From assembly GCA_963764165.1 (NCBI GenBank), contig CAVXRD010000003.1, positions 1-64,000 of the forward strand: 64,000 bases of DNA, in the 5' to 3' direction. The notes below the pieces were generated by a model. The model was not told the origin of the DNA. It ran no database searches and was given only the letters and a program-made list of their open reading frames with translations. Made by a program: the position numbers and the translations under genes. Positions within the stretch are counted from its first letter, which is position 1. Every line of letters starts with the position of its first letter. The DNA is from an uncultured Verrucomicrobiae bacterium (GTDB lineage: Bacteria > Verrucomicrobiota > Verrucomicrobiia > Limisphaerales > Palsa-1400). Below are positions 56,601-64,000 of the stretch, one piece after another.

Positions 56601-59134
56601 TGGTTTTTGCAGGAGGCACGCTCTATGGCACCGCTCAGAATGGAGGCCCCAGCGGAGGTGGGGTCATTTTCGCCATCGGCACCAACGGCGGTAATTATAC
56701 TATCCTGCACGCCTTCACTGGCGGAACAGGCGATGGGGCGGATCCAATGTGTCAATTGACCTTGGCGGGCGGGACCCTTTTTGGAACCACAGCAGCAGGG
56801 GGCGCGAATGGCGCCGGCACGGTTTTTTCCGTGAACACCAACGGCACAAGTTATTCAACGCTCCACAGTTTTGCGGCCTATGGCCAGTTGCTCGAGTATA
56901 ATCCTGAAGGAATAGCGACCAACAGTGATGGCTTGGAAGCGGCTAATTTGACGCTTTCGGGGAACATTCTCTACGGCATCGCAACGCTGGGTGGCACCAA
57001 CGGATTGGGAACCGTTTTTAGCATTAATACCAACGGCACTGGGTTCTTGCTGCTGCATACCTTCACCGCCGCCCCCGTCCCGGCCAGCGAGTTTGGCACC
57101 ATGATCACCAACAGCGAAGGAATCTACCCAGTTGGTGGATTGGTTGTGTCGGGCGGCACTTGTTATGGGGCGGCGCGGCAAGGGGGGCCGTCTGGCTACG
57201 GCACGATATTTGCGTTAAGTATTCCTACGGTTCCGGTCTTTTCGGGCCTGACGAATGCGAGCGTCACAAACGGGAGTTCCGTATTATTGACTGGGAATTT
57301 GAGCGGCGGTGGCTCAAGCTACCCGACCAATGGCACCATCATTGCGGCCACCATCGACGGCGTTGTCGAAACCGGCGCGTTCTATGATGCCACTGGTGAT
57401 TTTAGCATTACGTTCGTTGCGACCAACATTCCGACCAGCGGTTCGCCGTTCTCCATCACCAATTTCCCGGGCGGGGGAGCGGTTTATTCCATAACCTACA
57501 CCACGCCCGCTTCGGGTTCCTTTCCAGCCGTCACCGATTCCACCACCACCCTCACCGTTTATCCCGTGCCCTCTGGCACGCCTGTCTTTGCTGGTCTGAC
57601 CAATGCCACTGTTAATTATGGAGGCTCGGTTGTCCTGACTGGCAACGTGAGCGGCAATGGCCCAAGTTACCCGACCAACGGCACCGCTATCACTGTCACC
57701 GTTGGTGGTGTGGTCGAAACCGGCGCGTTTTTCGACGCGGCTGGTGATTTTAGCGTCACTTTCTTCACAACCAACCTTCCATCCGGCGATTCGTCATTCA
57801 CCATCACGTACACCACGCCCGCCTCCGGCTCTTTCCCTGCCGCGACCAACGCGAGCACGACTCTGTTCGTCATACCCGCCCCGCTGCCTTCGGTCGTTAA
57901 TTGGCAGCCGGTCGGCTCTGGGATGAGCGGCACCGTCAACGCGCTGGCGGTGATTGGAAACACCTTGTACGCGGGTGGCTTTTTCACCAATGCTGGCGGC
58001 GTCACCGCCAGTAATATCGCGCAGTGGAACGGAACTAATTGGTCGCCAGTCGGAACGGGCGTGGGCGGCTCCAGCGTAGCCGACCTCGGCATTTATGCCT
58101 TGGCGGCGTCGGCTGGCATGTTATACGCGGGTGGCAGCTTTGTGACGGCGGGCGGCAGCAATGCCAACGGGGTCGCGCAATGGGATGGCACGAACTGGTC
58201 GTCGCTGGGATCGGGAATCTCGGGAACCGTGTATGCGCTGGCCGTCTCGGGCAATACATTGTATGCGGGCGGATCATTTAAAGGTTCCGGCCACACTGCG
58301 ATCCAGAATATCGCGCAATGGAACGGCGCCAATTGGTCAACGCTTGCTTCGTCGGGCATGAGCAGTGAAGTGCTGGCGCTGGCGGTGTCGGGTGGGACGC
58401 TTTATGCGGGCGGACAGTTCACGACGGCGGGCGGTGTCTCGGCTGTCGGCGTCGCGCAATGGAACGGCACCAGTTGGTCGCCGGTCGGCTCCGGCGTGAG
58501 CGGCGGCGCTGCGGTTCAAGTTTCATCGCTGGCGGCGGTGGGCGGCGTATTATATGCGGGCGGCAATTTTAGTTCGGCGGGCGGGGTTTCAGCCGCCCGG
58601 GTCGCGCAGTGGAACGGCAGCAGTTGGACGCCTTTTGCGTCGGGCATGAACAACCCGGTCAACGCGCTGCTGGCGGGGTATTACGGGATTTTCTTCGCGG
58701 GCGGCAGTTTCACCACGGCAGGCGGCCTTGCGGCCAATGACTTTGCGGAATGGACTGGGACAAATTGGCTGCCCGTGGGATCCAGCCTGAACGGCTCGGT
58801 CAACGCGCTGTTATTATCGGGAAACACACTTTACGCAGGCGGCAATTTCACCACCGCGGGAACCAACACCGTCAACTATATTACCGAATTGACATTTGCG
58901 CCGCCTTACATCGTCGCGACGGACACGAATTTTGGATTTCTTACCCAGCAAGGCCCGTTCGGATTTGACGTCGCCGCCAGCCAGGGCGAATGGGTTATGA
59001 TCCAAGGCAGCGCAGATCTGCTGAATTGGACGCCGGTGCAGACCAACGTCATGACGAACGCTCTCTATTATTACAGCGACCCCGCCACGACGAACTTTGC
59101 CTACCGCTTCTACCGCGCCTTGGGCTGGCCGTAA
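53678..59134 (+). CDS. Giant secreted protein with GloVer-like repeats, MBG/Ig modules, WNG-repeat propeller and C-terminal FYR domain
   Basis: 1818 aa with a signal peptide, two GloVer blocks, MBG-like YGAANPALTY, four FSGLTNA...DATGDFS modules and LYAGG-x-F...AQWNG repeats. Confidence 0.9.
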   Translation: MNRIVRLHGSFQLKFNLSFFTALALLVGVFPVAAQVFTNLHSFTGGNDGANPEGSLILSGTTLYGTAPYGGSSENGTAFSLNTSGAGFVALHGFSATPVGENSDGANPYAGLTLIGGTLYGTASEGGADASGAIFSINSNGTAFATLFAFPAGGSDGAAPYAGLTSYGGTLYGVASAGGADGIGEIFSISTNGSDFTILHSFTEGSDGSNADSGLILSGDTLYGVASIGGSAANGGIVFSVNTNGAGYSILHAFTGGSDGGYPGGELVLSGSTLYGTAAGGGANYTGAIFSINTNGTGFSVLHSFAPLGANSANSDGANPHGGLVLSGNTLYSVAAYGGTAGNGTVFSLNTNGSGFAVLHSFTASASGTNGDGAYPQAGLILSGGALYGTTADGGSHGVGTVFAVIFPEAAAFSGLTNANVTYGGSVTLGGSVGGSNATYPPSGTIITATVNGVSQTGTVYDATGDFSINFNATGLVVAGSPYTITYVMSASGSLLAATNATTTLAVSPAPLAVTASNLTRPYGAANPALTYNYSGFVDGDTSSVVSGSPALACSATTSSPAGLYPITVSLGTLSTANYYFVLVNGTLAVTTSGSFSGLANAHVTYSGSVTLTGTLSGSGPVYPANGTVITALINGVHQTGSVYDATGDFNIDFNAASLSVSNSPYTVNYSSPASGALTAASDTSTTLTINPAPLTVTAGNATRLYGATNPPFTYSCTGFVNGESASVLTGSPVLSCSATANSPAGVYPISVSAGTLADANYDFIYVSGALTVMNAPQLKTLYNFANGFDGSDPDAALVLSGSTLFGTVRYGASDGTGGILFAVQTNGAGFTAVHAFPAASSSLADNSDGANPIGLILSNNTLYGPANNGGANATGTIYAVNTNGSGFTVVHNFAPTSGESYPNSGGSYPNGGLILSGGTFYGTTEWGGPGAGPSSSGTVFSVNADGTGFTLLHDFSGVGSSGQNSDGASPYTGLVFAGGTLYGTAQNGGPSGGGVIFAIGTNGGNYTILHAFTGGTGDGADPMCQLTLAGGTLFGTTAAGGANGAGTVFSVNTNGTSYSTLHSFAAYGQLLEYNPEGIATNSDGLEAANLTLSGNILYGIATLGGTNGLGTVFSINTNGTGFLLLHTFTAAPVPASEFGTMITNSEGIYPVGGLVVSGGTCYGAARQGGPSGYGTIFALSIPTVPVFSGLTNASVTNGSSVLLTGNLSGGGSSYPTNGTIIAATIDGVVETGAFYDATGDFSITFVATNIPTSGSPFSITNFPGGGAVYSITYTTPASGSFPAVTDSTTTLTVYPVPSGTPVFAGLTNATVNYGGSVVLTGNVSGNGPSYPTNGTAITVTVGGVVETGAFFDAAGDFSVTFFTTNLPSGDSSFTITYTTPASGSFPAATNASTTLFVIPAPLPSVVNWQPVGSGMSGTVNALAVIGNTLYAGGFFTNAGGVTASNIAQWNGTNWSPVGTGVGGSSVADLGIYALAASAGMLYAGGSFVTAGGSNANGVAQWDGTNWSSLGSGISGTVYALAVSGNTLYAGGSFKGSGHTAIQNIAQWNGANWSTLASSGMSSEVLALAVSGGTLYAGGQFTTAGGVSAVGVAQWNGTSWSPVGSGVSGGAAVQVSSLAAVGGVLYAGGNFSSAGGVSAARVAQWNGSSWTPFASGMNNPVNALLAGYYGIFFAGGSFTTAGGLAANDFAEWTGTNWLPVGSSLNGSVNALLLSGNTLYAGGNFTTAGTNTVNYITELTFAPPYIVATDTNFGFLTQQGPFGFDVAASQGEWVMIQGSADLLNWTPVQTNVMTNALYYYSDPATTNFAYRFYRALGWP

Positions 59135-59139
59135 GGAGG

Positions 59140-59173
59140 GAAGTCAAGGCAGGACTGAAGTCAAGGCGGGACT
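59140..59173. repeat. 17-bp tandem duplication
   Basis: GAAGTCAAGGCAGGACT followed by GAAGTCAAGGCGGGACT. Confidence 0.8.
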
Positions 59174-59196
59174 TGGCGCGAGGCTTGAGGGCGGTT

Positions 59197-59784
59197 ATGA
59201 ATAGGTCGTATATGTCCTATAAGACCAATTCTTCCGGCTTCATACCACCGCATGGCGGGTACGAAAAGTTGGTTTCTTTTCAAATGGCCAGGATTGTTTA
59301 TGATGGCACCGTGCTGTTTTGCGGGCGGTTTCTCAAAAAGGGCGACCGCACTTATGATCAGATGGTGCGAGCGGCGCGGTCAGGAAAACAAAACATTCTC
59401 GAAGGCTCCCAAGCTTCAGGCACCTCCAAGGAAACAGAAATCAAGCTGATCAATGTGGCTCGCGCGAGCCTGGAGGAATTGCTGGAGGACTATCGGGACC
59501 ATCTCCGGGTGAACGACCGGCCGCTTTGGGCCAAGGATTCCAAGGAAGCCCTCTTCGTCCGAAGACTCGGCGCGAAAAAGGACAGGTCCTTCGAGACGTA
59601 TCGCACTTATCTTGAGAGCCGCCCCGCTGGAGTAGTGGCCAACATCATGGTCTGCCTTGTTCACCAGACCAACTACCTGCTGGACCAGCAGATCAGGCAA
59701 TTGGAAAAGGCTTTTGTGCAAGAAGGTGGTTTGAGAGAGCGCATGACACGCGCCCGCCTCGACGAAAGAGCGCGCAAAAAATAG
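59197..59784 (+). CDS. Four-helix-bundle protein (23S rRNA IVP-like) with suffix domain
   Basis: PHGGYEKLVSFQ, RTYDQMVRAARSGKQNILEGS, VARASLEELLEDYRD and FVQEGGLRERMTRARL. Start 59197 or 59212. Confidence 0.9.
   Translation: MNRSYMSYKTNSSGFIPPHGGYEKLVSFQMARIVYDGTVLFCGRFLKKGDRTYDQMVRAARSGKQNILEGSQASGTSKETEIKLINVARASLEELLEDYRDHLRVNDRPLWAKDSKEALFVRRLGAKKDRSFETYRTYLESRPAGVVANIMVCLVHQTNYLLDQQIRQLEKAFVQEGGLRERMTRARLDERARKK
59201..59229. repeat. Left 9-mer array / inverted-repeat arm
   Basis: ATAGGTCGT ATATGTCCT ATAAGACCA AT. Confidence 0.75.
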
Positions 59785-59809
59785 GTCCAATAGGACCTAT
59801 GTGCCCTAT
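59781..59809. repeat. Right 9-mer array / inverted-repeat arm
   Basis: ATAGGTCCA ATAGGACCT ATGTGCCCT AT. Its reverse complement matches the left arm at 22 of 29 positions. Confidence 0.75.
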
Positions 59810-59900
59810 CACCCGTTTCGGTGATGGGCCTCTCACTGGATTCGGGTATTCTCTTTAAGCTTTCGGTGAGGTAAGATGCCAACTGTCACAAGGCGCACAT

Positions 59901-62900
59901 ATTAAAACTCCAACGAATCTTCTCTCTTTCATCCCACAAATATTTCACAAAAGGCGCCCCGCTTTCCTGCTTGCATGGGCGCTGGCGCTAGCCAGTTCGG
60001 CACAGGCCGGGTTGGTTATGACGACCACCAATCAATACGGCCCCGAACCGCTGACTCCCTCCTGGGCCCCGGCGGCGGACAGCTTGATCGCCGGGCTAGT
60101 GCCAAGCACCGCCTTGGGCAATTTCAGCGAGGAGGCTTCTGGACGGAATTTTGATTCGCTTACCTCCGGCGGCACTCTGACCGTCACGTCGGCGAATTCG
60201 ACGTGCAGCCTCAATTACGTGACCTGCGGCAATGGAAGCGGCGCGGGGTCCCTGATTGTCTACACGCTGCCTGCAGCGCAGCTTGGCTATAATCTCACCA
60301 ACATCACGGTCGATAGCGGGTGGCAGGACAATGGCCGCGACGCGCAGGCCTACACGATTTCCTATTCCACAGTCGTGAACCCGACCGTTTTCACGGTGTT
60401 GACCGCGGTGAATTACAATCCGACGGTTCCCGGTGGGGTCGCGTCCGCGAATCAAGTTGCCATCACCAGCTCGGTGACGGGCGGTTTGATCGCTTCCAAT
60501 GTAGCCGCCATTCAATTCAATTTCACCACGCCGGGTTCGGAAAATGGATATTGTGGTTATGGCGCCATAACTGTGGAGGGAATCGCGGCAACGAATTTGC
60601 TGATTCCGCCGGCGGCGCCGTCAATTACCAACCAGCCTCAGTCCGCCGTGCTTTTTGCGGGTGGCACCGCGAATTTGGCGGCGGTGTGCGCGGGCGCGCC
60701 GCTGTATTTCCAATGGTTTTACATTACCAACAAAATCACCAACGCCATTGCAAGCGCGACGAATTCCTCGCTGATCATCAAGAATGTCACACCGACGAAT
60801 GCCGGTTCATATCAATTGCTGGCCAGCAACAGCCTCGGCGTGGCCACCAGCAGCGTGGCGTCGGTGACGGTTATCGTTCCCACGCCAGGCTCCTACGATG
60901 CGGCGGTCATGGCGAACATTCCGCTGGCCTATTGGACGTTGAATGAAACGAACAACCCAGCCTCTGGCAGCGTGGTGGCGACGGATTACGGGGGCGGCTT
61001 CAACGGCGTTTACCAGACTAACGCGCAGAACGGCTACAACGGAATCGCCGGGCCGAGGCCGCCGGGCTTTCCGGGATTCACGAGTGCCAACCCGGCGATG
61101 GAGACGTTTGCCAACATGGCGAATTCATACATGACCGCCTCCGTCGGGAACATGATTGCGAGCAACTTGACCTATGCCATGTGGATCAGGCCTGTCAGCA
61201 CGGTTCAACAATTCGCTGGCCTGCTGATGGATCGCGGCGGCGCGGGGGAAGGGCTGGGATTTGGCGGAGGCGCCAATGATGCCTCCGGCACGTATGACAT
61301 GACTTACACGTGGAACCAGAATACGACGTCCGGCTTCAACTCGTATTTGTTCCCTCCTCTGAATCAATGGTCGTTTGTGGCCATGGTCATTTCACCGGCG
61401 CAAACAGTTCTCTATCTGATCAACTCCAACGGCCTGCAAGCCGCGACGAATGTTCTCGCCAACGATGCCGAAGAGTTTGGCGTGGCATGGCATCTAGGAG
61501 ACGATGCTGCCACCGCCGGGCGGACGTTTCCGGGATTGATTGACGGGGCAGCGGTATTCACTTCCGCGCTGACACAGACCCAATTGCTTGGCCTCTACGA
61601 CAACGGTGTTGGTGCGCCACCGCAAACATCGATTCCGGCAGCAGCGCCTTCGGCGAATGTGTTTGTCGGCAACACCGTCGTCCTATCGGAATCAGCCCTT
61701 GGCGCGACGCCGTTTCAGTATCAGTGGGAGAGCAACGGAATTGTGCTTGGTGGCGCGACTAATAGCTCCCTCGCCTTGAGCAATCTCACGCTCGCGGCGT
61801 CTGGAAATTATCAGGTGATCGTCAGCAACTTTTATGGAGTCGCGACGAGCGCTCCCATCGCCCTTTCAGTCACACTCGACACGAATCCGCCGCTTGTATT
61901 GCGCGCATTCAATCTGGGAAGCACCAATGTGGAAGTGGATTTTTCCAAAGTCATCAACGCCGCCACCGCGACAAATTTGACGAATTATTATTTCACCGAC
62001 GGCCTCGCGATTTCCGCCGCGGCGCTGGAGACAAACGAATCGTCTTTGCTGCTCACGACTGCGCCGCTGGCGGTCAATTCCAATTACACGCTGGTGGTCA
62101 ATGGGATTCTCGACCAGGCCATTCCGCCCAATGCAATTGCCTCCAACACAGTGGCCAATTTTACGGCGTCGCCTCTTGCCCCGCACGACATCGGCAACCC
62201 GGCGGTCGTTTCGAGCGGTGTCTACACCAGCAACTCGTGGGCGATCACCAGCGGGGGAAGTAATATTGGCTCCACCAGCGACCAATTCAATTTTGATAAT
62301 GAGCCGGTGACCGGCAATTTTGATGTCTCTGTGCGCCTCGCGAGCCTGGGCTTGGTGAACTTGTGGTCACAGGCGGGATTGATGGCGCGGGTCGATTTGA
62401 CGGGCGGCAGCCCGTTCGCTGCCGCTTTGGCCACGCCGGGGATGAACGGCGATTCTTTCCTTGTTCGCGTTGCCACGAACGGTTCAGCCGTGGCATCTGG
62501 AAATTTCCCTGTCAACTATCCGAATACGTGGCTGCGGCTGAGCCGCGTGGGGAATTTGTTCACCGGGTTTGGCGGTTACGACGGCGCCAATTGGACTGTC
62601 TTGGGCAGCGCGACGATTCCAATGCCGAGCCAGATATACCTCGGCTTTTCCGTGGCTAGCGACAGCACGAATCAGCCGACCACAGCGGAGTTCGCGGCTT
62701 TTGAAAACACGCCAGCCAGTGCTGTTGTGTCGGCGCAAATCAATCCTCATGACGCCATCGGGCCGAGCAGCCGCATGACGCCGATTGTGTTTTCGGAAAT
62801 CATGTGGAAACCCGCGCCCCGGACAGATGGAAAGAATCTTGAATTTCTCGAAATTTATAATTCCAATCCGTGGTTCCACGACATCAGCGGATATCAGATA

Positions 62901-64000
62901 ACTTGCGCGGACATGAATTACACGTTCCCAGCGGGAACAACGATCGCGGGAGGCGCGTTTCTGGTGGTGGCCTCCGCTCCTGCGGATATTCAAAGCGTTT
63001 ACGGTATTACCAACGTGATGGGGCCATACAGCGGAAGCCTCAAACATTCTGAAACGCTGGAGTTGCTGGACGAGCAGGGAAGCGTGCTTATTACCGCTCC
63101 GTATACCGATGTCTTTCCGTGGCCGGTTGCAACCGGCGGCACAGGCCACTCGCTGGTTCTTGCCAATCCAACCTATGGCGCTGGTGATCCGCGCGCTTGG
63201 GACATCAGCGACAGCGTGGGCGGATCGCCCGGCAAACTGGATCCGTTCACACCCAGCCCGCTTCGCAATGTTGTGATCAATGAAATCCTGCCGCATACGG
63301 AAAATCCCGCCGTGCCGCAATTCATTGAACTTTACAATCACAGCGCCAGCAGCGTGGATGTTTCGGGCTGCATTCTTACCGACGATCCAACGACGAATAA
63401 ATTTGTCATCCCTAGCGGAACTGTAATCGGCCCGGCAGGTTTCGAAGTATTCACTCAATCGCAATTTGGATTCACGCTGAACGGCCAGGGCGAGACGCTT
63501 TACTTCATCAAGCCGGATGGCAGCCGCGTTCTTGATGCGGTGCAATTCGGCCCGCAGGCGGACGGTGTTTCCTTCGGTCGCTGGCCGAATGGGGCGAACG
63601 ACTTTTATGCCTTCACCACGAATACGCCGGGCACCAGCAACAGCCCGATTTTAATTGGCGACATCGTCATCAACGAATTGATGTACGACCCCATCAGCGA
63701 AAACGACGATGACCAGTTCATTGAGCTTTACAACAAAGGCACCAATACGGTGAGCCTCGCTGGCTGGCAATTCACGGCGGGTGTGACATTCACGTTTCCC
63801 ACAAACGCTGCGATTGCGCCCGGCGGCTATGTGGTCGTTGGCAAGAATGCGACCGAATTGTTTTCAAATTATGTGAATTTGAGCGCGGCCAATACCTTCG
63901 GCAATTTCAGCGGGAAGTTGTCGCATGACGGGGAGTTGGTGGTTCTGGCCCAACCGGTATCCTATCTCGGAACCAATACGATCTATGTGGAAGAGGATCA
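59901..64000 (+). CDS. Large secreted multidomain protein (Ig, LamG-like, lamin-tail domains), truncated by the window end
   Basis: Absent from the ORF track, consistent with no in-frame stop before 64000; frame spot-checked at both ends. Signal peptide KRRPAFLLAWALALASSAQA, PLAYWTLNE, and LTD motifs IVFSEIMW, VVINEILPH...FIELYN and IVINELMYDP...FIELYN. Confidence 0.88.
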   Translation, partial: MKTPTNLLSFIPQIFHKRRPAFLLAWALALASSAQAGLVMTTTNQYGPEPLTPSWAPAADSLIAGLVPSTALGNFSEEASGRNFDSLTSGGTLTVTSANSTCSLNYVTCGNGSGAGSLIVYTLPAAQLGYNLTNITVDSGWQDNGRDAQAYTISYSTVVNPTVFTVLTAVNYNPTVPGGVASANQVAITSSVTGGLIASNVAAIQFNFTTPGSENGYCGYGAITVEGIAATNLLIPPAAPSITNQPQSAVLFAGGTANLAAVCAGAPLYFQWFYITNKITNAIASATNSSLIIKNVTPTNAGSYQLLASNSLGVATSSVASVTVIVPTPGSYDAAVMANIPLAYWTLNETNNPASGSVVATDYGGGFNGVYQTNAQNGYNGIAGPRPPGFPGFTSANPAMETFANMANSYMTASVGNMIASNLTYAMWIRPVSTVQQFAGLLMDRGGAGEGLGFGGGANDASGTYDMTYTWNQNTTSGFNSYLFPPLNQWSFVAMVISPAQTVLYLINSNGLQAATNVLANDAEEFGVAWHLGDDAATAGRTFPGLIDGAAVFTSALTQTQLLGLYDNGVGAPPQTSIPAAAPSANVFVGNTVVLSESALGATPFQYQWESNGIVLGGATNSSLALSNLTLAASGNYQVIVSNFYGVATSAPIALSVTLDTNPPLVLRAFNLGSTNVEVDFSKVINAATATNLTNYYFTDGLAISAAALETNESSLLLTTAPLAVNSNYTLVVNGILDQAIPPNAIASNTVANFTASPLAPHDIGNPAVVSSGVYTSNSWAITSGGSNIGSTSDQFNFDNEPVTGNFDVSVRLASLGLVNLWSQAGLMARVDLTGGSPFAAALATPGMNGDSFLVRVATNGSAVASGNFPVNYPNTWLRLSRVGNLFTGFGGYDGANWTVLGSATIPMPSQIYLGFSVASDSTNQPTTAEFAAFENTPASAVVSAQINPHDAIGPSSRMTPIVFSEIMWKPAPRTDGKNLEFLEIYNSNPWFHDISGYQITCADMNYTFPAGTTIAGGAFLVVASAPADIQSVYGITNVMGPYSGSLKHSETLELLDEQGSVLITAPYTDVFPWPVATGGTGHSLVLANPTYGAGDPRAWDISDSVGGSPGKLDPFTPSPLRNVVINEILPHTENPAVPQFIELYNHSASSVDVSGCILTDDPTTNKFVIPSGTVIGPAGFEVFTQSQFGFTLNGQGETLYFIKPDGSRVLDAVQFGPQADGVSFGRWPNGANDFYAFTTNTPGTSNSPILIGDIVINELMYDPISENDDDQFIELYNKGTNTVSLAGWQFTAGVTFTFPTNAAIAPGGYVVVGKNATELFSNYVNLSAANTFGNFSGKLSHDGELVVLAQPVSYLGTNTIYVEED

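Noticed and set aside
58990..59784. Diversity-generating retroelement (Avd-like gene) and the longer 58990 start
   Set aside because: No reverse transcriptase or TR/VR pair seen in the window; the longer start overlaps the upstream gene.

Overview
GC-rich bacterial chromosomal segment. The gene families present (DUF1501 with DUF1549/1553, a PVC-type heme-CxxCH dehydrogenase, GloVer-like repeats, an ECF sigma with a membrane-spanning extension, an ECF/Ser-Thr kinase pair) point to Verrucomicrobiota, probably Pedosphaera/Limisphaerales-like; this is inference. A small housekeeping core (sigma-70, apt, ogg, secG-tpiA-pgk) sits among glycoside hydrolases (GH32, GH27, GtaA-like, DUF1080) and many large secreted proteins (calpain-like, two S53 sedolisins, an astacin, GloVer-repeat and lamin-tail-domain proteins). 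No rRNA, tRNA or CRISPR array was seen. Most notable: (1) a GTAG-type REP family whose hairpin loop is hit three times, once by an IS1182 element and twice by a ~30-nt mini-element; (2) a four-helix-bundle (23S-IVP/Avd-like) gene enclosed by a 29-bp imperfect inverted repeat that contains a candidate start codon and the stop codon; (3) a lone Y1 TnpA between two ~330-bp direct repeats of nested hairpins, next to a HEPN/MNT pair; (4) a shared C-terminal 'W...FYR' domain on four secreted proteins of three unrelated families, a candidate sorting signal; (5) a duplicated TGTC-N17-GTCCATT ECF promoter; (6) a frameshift in one giant secreted gene and an apparent ATT start in another. All family assignments come from motif recognition by eye; no database search was run.
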